This document shows, in pieces, positions 8,689 to 17,710 of a DNA stretch of 21,787 bases. The notes below the pieces were generated by a model. It worked only from the letters and a program-made list of their open reading frames with translations. It ran no database searches and had not been told where the DNA came from. The stretch lies in the NCBI GenBank assembly GCA_964244895.1, contig CAXTKV010000076.1, positions 1 to 21,787 of the forward strand. The letters run 5' to 3'. The DNA is from an uncultured Deinococcales bacterium. Lineage in GTDB: Bacteria; Deinococcota; Deinococci; Deinococcales; JAAFIG01. The translations under genes and the position numbers were made by a program. The stretch's first letter is position 1. Every line of letters begins with the position of its first letter.

Positions 8689-8758
8689 TCGTATCTCGTA
8701 TTTTGTACTGGCATTTTTCGCGCCCGAAGAGGCCCAGAACACCGACGAGGAGACCAAG

Positions 8759-9286
8759 ATGCCCGACGCGCCTACCGACCAAACCCTCGAAGCCCTGCTC
8801 GATTCCTGGAACCGCAACAACACCATTCTGGTCAACCTGCTTCGCACCATGCCGGAAAACCACTTGGACGCCAGCGCTCTGGAAGGAAGCCCGTCCATCG
8901 CGGTGCAGTTCTCGCACGTCCAGGGAACGCGGTTGTACTTTCTCTCCAAGATCGCCCCGGAATTCGCCACTGACCAGACCCCACTTTTCCGCCAGGAAGG
9001 CGAGCAGCGCGTGGCGGAGCGCGACCGGGAGCGCATCGCGCAGGGGCTGAACGACAGCGCGAGAGCGGTCGGTCAAGCGGTCAGGGCGCGAATCGCTGAC
9101 GGCCAGCCGATGAAAAGTGAGAACGTTTCCTACGACCATCCCGTTTTGTTCCTCCAGCACATGATCTGGCACGAGGGTTACCATTTCGGTCAGATCAAGC
9201 TGGCGCTCAAGGCCGCCGGGTACGTCATGAACGAGGAAGACGAGGAACGCCTGGTCTGGAACCTCTGGCGACGCGAGGAATGGTGA
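8759..9286 (+). CDS. DinB family protein
   Basis: SIAVQFSHV and MIWHEGYHFGQI; SD GAGGAG. Confidence 0.88.
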   Translation: MPDAPTDQTLEALLDSWNRNNTILVNLLRTMPENHLDASALEGSPSIAVQFSHVQGTRLYFLSKIAPEFATDQTPLFRQEGEQRVAERDRERIAQGLNDSARAVGQAVRARIADGQPMKSENVSYDHPVLFLQHMIWHEGYHFGQIKLALKAAGYVMNEEDEERLVWNLWRREEW

Positions 9287-9332
9287 TCCGCCAGTCGTGA
9301 AGTGACGCCTCCGACGCCCGCGAGGAGAGACG

Positions 9333-9746
9333 ATGTACACCGATACCTTCATCGAGGTCTCACCCGACAGTCAAACGCGTTGCGGCGTCGTGCCGGACGA
9401 CGCGGGCGCAAAAACCATTCACCGCCTCCAGTACGAACTGCTGACCGATCAGCCGTACACGCTGAGTAACGAAGAACTGATTTTCGAGGTTCACGTCCGA
9501 AGGTTGGGATTGAGCGCGCTCGAGGTCGCAGCGCGCCGCCAGGAACTCTGGGATGCGTTGTTCAGCAAACCGCACCCGTGCATGCGCGCTTCGGCGCTGA
9601 CCAAGAAATACGGCTGGGGCGTGCATTACGATACCCACGGCAAGATGGCGCTGTACGCATCGGATTCGCTCGAGTACAGGGGTTTCGTGGAAGACGGTGC
9701 GGATGGCCCCAAGCGCATTTTCGCCATGCGCAGCAAACGCGGCTGA
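9333..9746 (+). CDS. DUF6157 family protein
   Basis: YTDTFIEVSPD, LQYELL, FSKPHPCMRASALTKKYGWGVH, AMRSKR pattern recalled for this family; SD GAGGAG. Confidence 0.75.
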   Translation: MYTDTFIEVSPDSQTRCGVVPDDAGAKTIHRLQYELLTDQPYTLSNEELIFEVHVRRLGLSALEVAARRQELWDALFSKPHPCMRASALTKKYGWGVHYDTHGKMALYASDSLEYRGFVEDGADGPKRIFAMRSKRG

Positions 9747-9752
9747 TTGATC

Positions 9753-9802
9753 AGAACACCGTCCGGGACGCATTCTATAATCTGCGTCCCGGACGGTGTT
9801 CT
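9753..9802. repeat. REP-like palindromic element (perfect 20-bp arms)
   Basis: AGAACACCGTCCGGGACGCA-N10-TGCGTCCCGGACGGTGTTCT; a further half-site at 9879-9898. Confidence 0.92.
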
Positions 9803-9900
9803 TTGTTGCACCTCGAGCAAAAACACGGTCAATCTCGAGGGTGAACAGACCGTTCGCCCCTGCGCGAACGCGTGGATCGCGCTGGACGGTGTTCTCGAAA

Positions 9901-11799
9901 TCAGACGGGCAGCAGCACGCGCGGGCTCGAGAGACCGACTTCCAGCGCGCCATTTTTTGCGGTGAAACGCTCCCCGCTGACCGCGTCCTGCCACGTCCCA
10001 TCCGGGGCTCCCGTTGGCGCGATCTCGAGCCGCACGGTTTTGGGCGTGTTGCCGCGCGAGACGGCCACGATGGCGACCTCGAGATGGCCCGAGTCGTCTG
10101 TGAACGGGCGGGCGAAGGCGATCTCGTCGCCGTCCGCGTGCAACCACACCAGCGACCCGGATTTGAGGGCTCTGCTGGCGCGTCTGGCCTGCGCGAGCTT
10201 CCGCACGGCCTGGAACACGTCCTGGTTCCAGCGCGATTCGTCCCAGATCATCGGGGCGCGGTTATAGGGATCGCCGCCGCCCGTCATGCCGATCTCGTCG
10301 CCGTAATAGATACTGGGCACGCCGGGAAAGCCGAACAACAGCGCAAAGGCCGTCAGGAGCTTCCCGGCGTCTTCACCGAACCGGTTGAGCGCCCGCGGGA
10401 TGTCGTGAGAACCGAACAGGTTGTACTGCGCGCGCCGCGATTGCTCGGGCAGCACGCGCCAGGACTCGAACAGGCGCTCCGCGAGTTCGGGTGTGGGCAC
10501 CTGCACGGGGATGTCCCAGACGTTGCGCCCCGCCAGCCAGTCGGTCACGGGCAGTCCGAAACCCTGGTAGTTCATCACGCCGTCCTCGCCGCCGACGGTG
10601 GCTCCATTCAGGGTTCGGGTCACGTCCGGGCCTTGCAGCGCGGCTTCGGCGTCCAGGAAGCGTTCGCCGAAGACGTAGGCATCCGGGTTCTCGAGCCTGA
10701 CGGCCTGGCGCATCAGGCGGTGAATCTCGAGGTTGCCGACATCGCTGCCGTTCGCGCCGATCATGTGCGCCACGTCGATCCGCCAGCCGTCCGCCCCGAA
10801 GCGAATCCATTTGCGCACCGGCGAATCCGGCCCGGTGATGAAATGCTCCTGCGCGCGCAAGCTGGCGTACTCGACTTTCGGCAGGCTCGGCACGCCGAAG
10901 AAGGCCGCGTACCCCAATCGCCCGAAGCGCTCATGGAACGAATAAAACTCGCGTTCCGACCCGCCGTCCCTGGCGGCCAGAAAAAGCGGGTGGCGGTCGC
11001 CGGTGTGATCCACGACGTTGTCCAGGATCACGCGCATGCCGCGCGCGTGCGCCGCGTCCAGCAAACTTTTCAGGGCCGCATCGCCGCCGAGGTGCCCATC
11101 GACCTCGAGAAAATCTTCGGTGTCGTAACGGTGGTTGGACGGGCTCTTGAAGATCGGATTCAGGTACAGCGCGTTGACGCCCAGGCCCTCCAGGTAATCG
11201 AGCTTCATTTCGATCCCGCCCAGATCGCCGCCGAAATGCTCCAGGATGTTCGTCTCGCGCGTGGGCAGTTCATGCCAGCCGCGCCTGACCACGGCGTGCG
11301 GCACGACCTCGAAGCTGCCGTCGGGTTTGAAGCGCATCCGGTCGTACTGGTATTCGCCGTCGCGCACGCCGTGACCCGCGTCCGAATCCTTGAAGCGATC
11401 CGGGAAGATCTGGTAAAAGATCCGATCCTCGAGCCAGCTGGCGTTGTGGCGGTCGCAGACGAACTGGAACCAATCGCGGAAGGCGGGCAACGTCCTGGAC
11501 GCACCGCGCGTGCCCAGCACGGCGGAATCCGAGTCCGTGCGCGCGAACAGCACGTAGCGCATGGTCGGCGTTAACAGCGGCAATTCGGCCTGGTAAAACC
11601 TGAATTTTCCGTCCGTGCGGACTTCGCGCATCGGGATGCGTTTCAGGTCGCCGTGCTCGAGAATCACGAGTTGCGCGGCGCTCACGGCGGGTTCGAGCGG
11701 CGCGCGCAACCGCACCGTGACGCGCCCGCCCAGGCTGCCCGTCAGCGCGCTGGTGTAGTACGGGGTGTGATCGTGGTACAGCCATTCAGTCCAGTTCAT
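9901..11799 (-). CDS. GH13 maltodextrin glucosidase / neopullulanase-type hydrolase
   Basis: FYQIFPDRF, GGDLGGI, YLNPIF, NHRYDT, DGWRIDVA, GE, GSHD, YYGDEIG; ATG at 11799 after GGGAGG. Confidence 0.9.
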   Translation of the reverse strand: MNWTEWLYHDHTPYYTSALTGSLGGRVTVRLRAPLEPAVSAAQLVILEHGDLKRIPMREVRTDGKFRFYQAELPLLTPTMRYVLFARTDSDSAVLGTRGASRTLPAFRDWFQFVCDRHNASWLEDRIFYQIFPDRFKDSDAGHGVRDGEYQYDRMRFKPDGSFEVVPHAVVRRGWHELPTRETNILEHFGGDLGGIEMKLDYLEGLGVNALYLNPIFKSPSNHRYDTEDFLEVDGHLGGDAALKSLLDAAHARGMRVILDNVVDHTGDRHPLFLAARDGGSEREFYSFHERFGRLGYAAFFGVPSLPKVEYASLRAQEHFITGPDSPVRKWIRFGADGWRIDVAHMIGANGSDVGNLEIHRLMRQAVRLENPDAYVFGERFLDAEAALQGPDVTRTLNGATVGGEDGVMNYQGFGLPVTDWLAGRNVWDIPVQVPTPELAERLFESWRVLPEQSRRAQYNLFGSHDIPRALNRFGEDAGKLLTAFALLFGFPGVPSIYYGDEIGMTGGGDPYNRAPMIWDESRWNQDVFQAVRKLAQARRASRALKSGSLVWLHADGDEIAFARPFTDDSGHLEVAIVAVSRGNTPKTVRLEIAPTGAPDGTWQDAVSGERFTAKNGALEVGLSSPRVLLPV

Positions 11800-11838
11800 G
11801 CGACCCTCCCTGCCCTGCCCCATTCGTTTCCTCTGCCC

Positions 11839-11893
11839 CGAGAACACCGTGGGGGACGGTGTTTGTTGATGCTCGCACCGGACGGTGTTCTCG
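11839..11893. repeat. REP-like element (three arms) upstream of the GH13 gene
   Basis: CGAGAACACCGT ... GGACGGTGTT ... GGACGGTGTTCTCG. Confidence 0.75.
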
Positions 11894-12088
11894 CCAAAAC
11901 GCACCGGGCACGATCTCGAGAAAGAGGTCGTGCCCGTCGTGGACAAACGTTGCCTTCAAATTGTGCCCCAATGTTAACGCGCTTCACGACAAATCGTGCC
12001 GAACTCGAGATTTCGCGCGTTCCAGACGGGCTCGCGGCCATGTCGGGTTTTCGATGCCATTCAATTTGATATCGGTTACGCTCAAACC

Positions 12089-13012
12089 ATGAAACCGTAC
12101 CGACCGAGCGGCATCGCACCCATCCCAGGCGTCCTCGTCGCGATCGCCTTCGCGCTCATCTCCGGGCTGATCGCGGGCGGACTGCTGTGGGCGGCGGATC
12201 ACAAGATCGGGATTTACCTGATCATTCTTTTTCCGGCGGTCGCGGGCTTCATCGTCGGTCTGGCCACCGCCAGCGGAACCCGGCGCGGCAAGCTCAGAAA
12301 CCCGTTGCTGGCCGGACTGATCGGCTTGCTCGGCGGGCTGTTCGCGGCGGGCGTCTACCACTTCTTGAGCTACGAAGTCAGCTTCAAGGAAAGCGTGCGC
12401 GATGCGCTCAATTCGCAGAACGCGCAGAATGCCGCCAGCGCGCCCGCCCCGACCGCGCTGGAAATTCAGCAATTCACCGACGCCTACCTGACCGACGAAG
12501 TCAAGGACAAAGGCTTTGCGGGCTACCTGAAGCTCGAGGCCAAGGAAGGCATCAGCATCACCCGATCCTCCAGCAGTTCTGGCATCGAACTCAAGAACGG
12601 CTGGGCCTGGGGGTACTTCGCAATAGAGGCGCTGATCATGGCGGGTCTGGGCGCGATGCTGGCTTCCAGCGCGGCTGGCGAACCCTTCGACGAGCGCGCC
12701 AACGCCTGGTACGGCGAACCCGTCTACCTGGGCGGCGCGGCTGGAGAGGCTGGAACCGCGCTGGCGAACGCCCTCAAAGGTGGCGCGTTCGAGCGGGCGG
12801 GCGGTCTGGTTCAGCCCGGACGCGCCGAACTCGGCTTGCCGCGCGTGGAACTGCTGGCGCGGCTCAGCCCAGACAAGGATGCTTCCGAAGCCGTGCTCGA
12901 GGTCAAGGCCGTCAAGCCCGGCAAGAAGAAGAACGAGGAAGCCAGCGAAACCCTGGTGACCGGGCTGGTCACGCGCGATGAATTGATCCGTCTGCGACCC
13001 GCTACCACCTGA
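12089..13012 (+). CDS. Hypothetical membrane protein (about 4 TM helices plus a C-terminal soluble domain)
   Basis: 307-aa ORF with coding-like composition and hydrophobic segments; TACGCT 6 nt before the ATG. Confidence 0.75.
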   Translation: MKPYRPSGIAPIPGVLVAIAFALISGLIAGGLLWAADHKIGIYLIILFPAVAGFIVGLATASGTRRGKLRNPLLAGLIGLLGGLFAAGVYHFLSYEVSFKESVRDALNSQNAQNAASAPAPTALEIQQFTDAYLTDEVKDKGFAGYLKLEAKEGISITRSSSSSGIELKNGWAWGYFAIEALIMAGLGAMLASSAAGEPFDERANAWYGEPVYLGGAAGEAGTALANALKGGAFERAGGLVQPGRAELGLPRVELLARLSPDKDASEAVLEVKAVKPGKKKNEEASETLVTGLVTRDELIRLRPATT

Positions 13013-13022
13013 TCCAACGCAC

Positions 13023-13082
13023 GAGAACACCGTCCAGGACGCAATAAATTGATCTCGAGAAAACGCGTGCTGGACGGTCTTC
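13023..13082. repeat. REP-like palindromic element
   Basis: GAGAACACCGTCCAGGACGC ... GCGTGCTGGACGGTCTTC. Confidence 0.85.
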
Positions 13083-13184
13083 CCAATTCTCGCAAACCTC
13101 GAAATCGCTCGAGCAACCCGCGTTCTCGTCGGGGTGAACGTCACGCCCACGCGTGCGGGCGCGACGTGTTCGCCCTCGGTCGGT

Positions 13185-13240
13185 GACATTCTTGTACGAC
13201 GGGAACGACCGCGACATTCTTGTACGACGGGAACGACCGT
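13185..13240. repeat. 28-bp tandem duplication
   Basis: GACATTCTTGTACGACGGGAACGACCG(C/T) twice. Confidence 0.85.
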
Positions 13241-13304
13241 CGTAACGATTCCTCGAGATGCGGCCTTCAGCACGAACGCACCTCGAGATTCTCGTCCAAT
13301 GCAC

Positions 13305-13337
13305 AAAAAAGCAGGGCGAGGAGCACCCTCGCCCTGC
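13305..13337 (-). terminator. Intrinsic terminator of the mal operon
   Basis: 11-bp stem GCAGGGCGAGG/CCTCGCCCTGC plus T6 on the minus strand, 16 nt after the malG stop. Confidence 0.88.
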
Positions 13338-13353
13338 CCGTCTCGAACCGCGC

Positions 13354-14727
13354 TTACTCCTTGACGCCGCCCGACAGCGCGCCAGACACGAAGACCTGCT
13401 GGAAGCTGTAGTACAGAATCACGATCGGCAAACTACCCAGGATCGCCGCCGCAGAGAACACGCCGAAATTCTGCGTGTCGAAGCCGGCGGGTGCCAGGGA
13501 TCGCAAACCCAGACCAATGTTCCACTTGTCCGCGCCGGTGATCAGGATGTTGATCAAGAAGAATTCCGTGTACGTCCCGATGAACTGATTCAGGAAAATA
13601 AACACCAGCATCGGCCCGGACAACGGCAGCACGATCTTGGTGAAGGCCGTCCAGCGCGTGCAACCGTCCACCAGCGCGGCCTCCTCGAGACTCTGCGGTA
13701 AACCCTCGACGAAGCCCTTGTAAATCCAGGTGCCGAACGCGACCACGCCGCCCGAGTACGCCAGGATCAACCCGGCGAAATTGTTGGTCAAGCCCAGCCC
13801 GCCGATGATCTGCGTGATCGCGACCAGACCCAGGAAGCCGGGGAACATCTGGATGAAAATAAAGAACATCAGCATCTGGAAGCGCCCCGGAAAGCGCAAT
13901 CGCGCGATGGCGTAGCCCGCCGTGGTGGTCAGCACGATCGCCATCACGCCCGTCAAGCCGGAAATCACGAAGGTGTTGCGCAACCACAGCAGGAATTTGC
14001 TGCCCGTACCGAAACCCTTGAACTGTCCGGGCGCGAGCAATAAGAAGAACAGCGCGACCGCGCCGATGGTCAGGTAGCTGGCGTACAGGCGTTGGCGTCG
14101 CATGGCGACGGTGGCGATCCCAGCGTTCTGTTGGGTGGCCGCCCAGATCCCGACCAGCCACAGCACGCCGATGCCCGCCAGGATCAGCAACGCCCACTGC
14201 CAGGCGTAAATTTCCACGCCCGCAAAAAGCTTGGCGTAGTTGCTGAAATCCTTGCCGTCCAGTGATGGCAGCACGCGCGCCCGCACCAGCAAAGGTTCGC
14301 TGGCCGCGCCGAGCGATCCCTGCGCCAGTCGGTTCAGCGGGTCGAGGCTCGAGGAGATGATGTAAACGATCGGGTACAGGGAAAACACGATCACGATCCA
14401 CAAAAACAGATGCGTCAGCTGGTCGGTCAAGACCGCGAAGTAATCGATTTTCTTGCCCGCCCGAGCGCGCTCCCCGACGACCTTGCCGATGTAAGCGGCC
14501 ACGGCGATCAACGCGATGGCGGCCAGCAAGCCCAGGATCGCGTTGCGCGCGCCGTTTTCTGGATAAAGGATCGCGAAGGATTTCGGTTTGACGCGCCTTG
14601 AGAGGTCAGCCACCGTCCAGACGATGAACGCGACCAGCTCGATACCGCCGACCCAGCCCAGGATCGAAGAGAGGGAGTTGCTGCTCGATGCTGGTGTGGT
14701 GTTCGCGTTTTGACGACCCTGAATCAT
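13354..14727 (-). CDS. malG: Maltose/maltodextrin ABC permease, MalG-type (extended N-terminus)
   Basis: TAGYAIARLRFPGR, QMFPGFL, EAA loop SLEEAALVDG, VSGALSGGVKE. Confidence 0.85.
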   Translation of the reverse strand: MIQGRQNANTTPASSSNSLSSILGWVGGIELVAFIVWTVADLSRRVKPKSFAILYPENGARNAILGLLAAIALIAVAAYIGKVVGERARAGKKIDYFAVLTDQLTHLFLWIVIVFSLYPIVYIISSSLDPLNRLAQGSLGAASEPLLVRARVLPSLDGKDFSNYAKLFAGVEIYAWQWALLILAGIGVLWLVGIWAATQQNAGIATVAMRRQRLYASYLTIGAVALFFLLLAPGQFKGFGTGSKFLLWLRNTFVISGLTGVMAIVLTTTAGYAIARLRFPGRFQMLMFFIFIQMFPGFLGLVAITQIIGGLGLTNNFAGLILAYSGGVVAFGTWIYKGFVEGLPQSLEEAALVDGCTRWTAFTKIVLPLSGPMLVFIFLNQFIGTYTEFFLINILITGADKWNIGLGLRSLAPAGFDTQNFGVFSAAAILGSLPIVILYYSFQQVFVSGALSGGVKE

Positions 14728-14778
14728 CGTGTCACCCCCATCGGATTGAAGGCTCGAGCCGGGATGCAGCCCTCGAGC

Positions 14779-14822
14779 ACACCGTGCTGGACGATGTTCA
14801 TGATTTGCGTGCTGGACGGTGT
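14779..14822. repeat. REP-like element between malF and malG
   Basis: ACACCGTGCTGGACG ... GCGTGCTGGACGGTGT. Confidence 0.75.
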
Positions 14823-14839
14823 CCCCATCATTTCGCGGT

Positions 14840-16219
14840 TCATCGGCGCGCCTCGTCGAAGACGCCCGCGACGCGGAAATTGACGACGGAAATAGCCACC
14901 GTCAACAACCCGACGATGATCGCAATTGCGCTCGCCATGCCGTACGCCTGATCGCCCTGCCCGGTGAAGGCCGTGTTGTAGCCCCACGACAGCAGGATGT
15001 CGGTGCTCTGGGCGGTCGGCAAGCGGCCCTGCTCGACGGGGCCACCGGCGGTCAGGAGGTAAATGATCATGAAGTTGTTGAAGTTGTACGCGAACGTGCC
15101 CAGCGCAATCGGCGTGAAGGCGTTGCGGAGCATCGGCAGGGTGATGTGCTGCACCTGCTTCAGGCGGGTCGCGCCGTCGATGCTGGCGGCCTCGTAGAGA
15201 TCATCCGGGATGCTCGAGAGCGAACTGAGCGTGACCGTCATCATGTACGGGAAGCCCAGCCACAAATTCACCAGCAAAATAGCGACTTTGGCCCACAGGC
15301 CGTCATCCAGCCACGGCGCGGGCGAAACCCCAAACAGACCCAGAAGTCGGTTGAGCGCCCCGAAGTTGGTGTTCATCAGCGTTTTCCACATCAGAATGCT
15401 GATGATGCCCGGCACGGCCCACGGCAGAATCAGCACGGAACGATAGAAGTTACGAAATTTCAGGCGTTTGTTGTTCAGCAAAATCCCCAGAATCAGCCCG
15501 GCCACGATGTTAAAAAGCGTCGTGAAAACCGCGAACATCAGCGTCCAGACGAAGACTGGCACGAGTTGCACGCTGGCGTTCCTGAAAATTTCAGAGAAGT
15601 TCCCGAACCCGATGAAACCGTAAGGGTTGATGCGCCGCGCCAGGACGGGTTGAAAATCGGCGGGCAGCGTTTGCGTCAGCGTGATCGTGTCCGCCGTGGC
15701 GCTGGCGATCGTGTAGGTCGGCCCCTGGCGACCCGTGACGGTGGCGGAACGCAGCTCGATCGGCTGGTTGGCGCAACCATCGGTTTTGCACTGCAGGCCG
15801 CTCACGCCGCCCTCGAGCACCTTGATCTGCGTGTCGCTCAGGCGTTCGATCTTGATTTCGGTGCTGGAATCGGGACGCCCGGAGTTCTTGCCGGAATAAT
15901 TGGTGAAGGCGTAATAGATGGTCAGCGCGATCGGGTAAACCGTGAAGATCAGCACGAACACGATCGCGGGCAAGAGGTAATACCAGTTCGAGAGCCACGG
16001 GAACAACCGGATCGCGCCGATCATGACCGGCACGAGCGCCACCAGCGTCAAGACCAGGATCATCCACGGCGGGATGTTGACGGTCGGTAGCGCCGCCAGC
16101 AGCCCGCCGAAGACCGCCCAGCCGACCACGAAAGCCACGGCGCACAGGCTCAGCACGGTCAGGATGGCGATCAGGACCCCTCTGGTTCCATCCGGTGCTT
16201 CAGTTCGGTACAGGTTCAT
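14840..16219 (-). CDS. malF: Maltose/maltodextrin ABC permease, MalF-type
   Basis: YYAFTNY, LILPWAVP, WLGFPYMM, DLYEAASIDGA, FAYNFNNF, TDILLSW; SD GGGAGG. Confidence 0.88.
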   Translation of the reverse strand: MNLYRTEAPDGTRGVLIAILTVLSLCAVAFVVGWAVFGGLLAALPTVNIPPWMILVLTLVALVPVMIGAIRLFPWLSNWYYLLPAIVFVLIFTVYPIALTIYYAFTNYSGKNSGRPDSSTEIKIERLSDTQIKVLEGGVSGLQCKTDGCANQPIELRSATVTGRQGPTYTIASATADTITLTQTLPADFQPVLARRINPYGFIGFGNFSEIFRNASVQLVPVFVWTLMFAVFTTLFNIVAGLILGILLNNKRLKFRNFYRSVLILPWAVPGIISILMWKTLMNTNFGALNRLLGLFGVSPAPWLDDGLWAKVAILLVNLWLGFPYMMTVTLSSLSSIPDDLYEAASIDGATRLKQVQHITLPMLRNAFTPIALGTFAYNFNNFMIIYLLTAGGPVEQGRLPTAQSTDILLSWGYNTAFTGQGDQAYGMASAIAIIVGLLTVAISVVNFRVAGVFDEARR

Positions 16220-16258
16220 GCCTCCCCTTTCATTCCTGTGGCTCGAGATTGCAGGTTC

Positions 16259-16311
16259 TGCGTTCAGGACGGTGTTTCTTGACTGATAAAAGGTGCGTCC
16301 AGGACGGTGCT
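16259..16311. repeat. Two direct REP-like half-sites between malE and malF
   Basis: TGCGTTCAGGACGGTGTT and TGCGTCCAGGACGGTGCT. Confidence 0.75.
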
Positions 16312-16342
16312 CTTAGGCTATTCACCGCTTGCTTGAACGCAA

Positions 16343-16371
16343 GCGTCCCGCTCCTGAGCAGAGCGGGACGC
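16343..16371 (-). other. 11-bp hairpin after malE (mRNA stabiliser or leaky terminator)
   Basis: GCGTCCCGCTC-N7-GAGCGGGACGC with no U-run. Confidence 0.6.
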
Positions 16372-16397
16372 CAAAGGCTCGAGTTACACCCCGAGAA

Positions 16398-17615
16398 TCA
16401 CTTGATGGCTGCCGCGATCTGCGCTACGGCGTCGGCGTGCAGTTTCTTGAAGTCCGGCTTGTCGGTCTTGATCGAGAGCGAAAGCGCGTTGCCCCACGGG
16501 CCCCAGACTTGACCCATGGCGGGGATGTTCGGCATCGGGATGCCAGCGGCGATGGCTGCGCCGAATCCGGCCACGGTCGGATCGTTCTTCAAGAGGCGAA
16601 CGGCGCTCTTCGAGATCGGCACGCGACCGCCCGCTTTGTTCAGGCTGATCTGCTCTTCGCCCTTGACCAGGAATTTGGCGAACGCGGCGGCAGCTTCCTT
16701 GTTCTTGGAGTAGCTGTTCATGACGATGCCGCGCACGCCGATGAACGGCGACCAGGCTTTGGTCGCGCCCTCGGGCTTGGGCATCAGCGCGATGCCGTAA
16801 TCGATGTTGGCCTTCTTGACATCGGCCAGATCCCACGGGCCGGTCAGCATCATGGCGACCTTGCCCTTGGTGAACAAGTCCTTGATCAAGCCGCCGTCGT
16901 CCGCGCCTTCGGGGATCAGCTTGTACTTGAAGCGAAGGTCGTTGATCAGTTGCGCGGCCTTGACCGCGCCGTCGTTGGCCAGACCGATGTCCTTGGCGTT
17001 CAGGCTGCCGTCCTTGTTCTTGCCGAAGACGTACGCGCCGAAAGCGCTGTAAATGCCGAACATGTGGTACTGAATGCCGATCGGTGCGAGGAAGCCGAAT
17101 TCTTGCTTTTCGGGGTTGGTCAGCTTCTGGGCGCTGCTGATGAAGTCCGCCCAGTTGGTCGGGACGCTTTTAATGAGCTTCTTGTTGTACACGATGGCGA
17201 CGGCTTCACCGAACATCGGCAGGCCGAACAGCTTGCCGTTGTAGTTGAACGCGTCGAGGGCGCTCGGGGCGACATCGGCCTTGTATTTGACATCGGCGTA
17301 CTTGTCCATCGGCTCGAGGACGCCGGCGCTGGCGAACTGACCGAGTTGATCGTGCGGGATGGTGGCGATCAAATCGGGGCCTTCGCCCTTTGGGGCGCTC
17401 TGAATGAACTTGTCGCGGTTGTCACCGAGGGCGATGGCGACGACCTCGTAGGTGTTGCCTTTCGATTCTGGGGTGGCGGCGAAGGCGGCGGCGGCCTTGT
17501 TGAGCCACTCGAGTTCGCCCGCGCCGAAATCAGTCCAGATGGTGATCTTGGCGGCGCTGGCGGCGCTCATGCTGAGCGCGATGGTCATGGCGGCGATGAT
17601 GGCAGATTTTTTCAT
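16398..17615 (-). CDS. malE: Maltose/maltodextrin-binding protein MalE
   Basis: Signal peptide; GPDL...PHDQLG, YNGKLFGLP, MMLTGPW, PFIGV, PMPNIPAMGQVW; SD AAAGGAG. Confidence 0.9.
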   Translation of the reverse strand: MKKSAIIAAMTIALSMSAASAAKITIWTDFGAGELEWLNKAAAAFAATPESKGNTYEVVAIALGDNRDKFIQSAPKGEGPDLIATIPHDQLGQFASAGVLEPMDKYADVKYKADVAPSALDAFNYNGKLFGLPMFGEAVAIVYNKKLIKSVPTNWADFISSAQKLTNPEKQEFGFLAPIGIQYHMFGIYSAFGAYVFGKNKDGSLNAKDIGLANDGAVKAAQLINDLRFKYKLIPEGADDGGLIKDLFTKGKVAMMLTGPWDLADVKKANIDYGIALMPKPEGATKAWSPFIGVRGIVMNSYSKNKEAAAAFAKFLVKGEEQISLNKAGGRVPISKSAVRLLKNDPTVAGFGAAIAAGIPMPNIPAMGQVWGPWGNALSLSIKTDKPDFKKLHADAVAQIAAAIK

Positions 17616-17696
17616 GCGGTCACTCCTTTTGAAGCGATCAGGTTTTTGGTGGTGGATGAGTATTGTGGATTTGAATCCATCATTTCAAGCCATGCT

Positions 17697-17710
17697 TGGG
17701 AACGCTTCCA
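17697..17710. promoter_or_regulatory. Candidate LacI-family operator upstream of malE
   Basis: TGGGAACGCTTCCA, an imperfect 14-bp palindrome with central CG; possible extended -10 TGTTAGCAT at 17781-17789 on the minus strand. Confidence 0.55.

Noticed and set aside
9796..11574. 592-aa plus-strand ORF
   Set aside because: Antisense shadow of the GH13 gene, expected from high-GC codon bias; no recognisable motifs.
11800..11946. Extended GH13 N-terminus
   Set aside because: It runs through a repeat element; the SD-supported ATG is at 11799.
11972..11988. Second LacI operator (TGTTAACGCGCTTCACG) upstream of the GH13 gene
   Set aside because: Half-site spacing is off by one and the symmetry is too weak to support.
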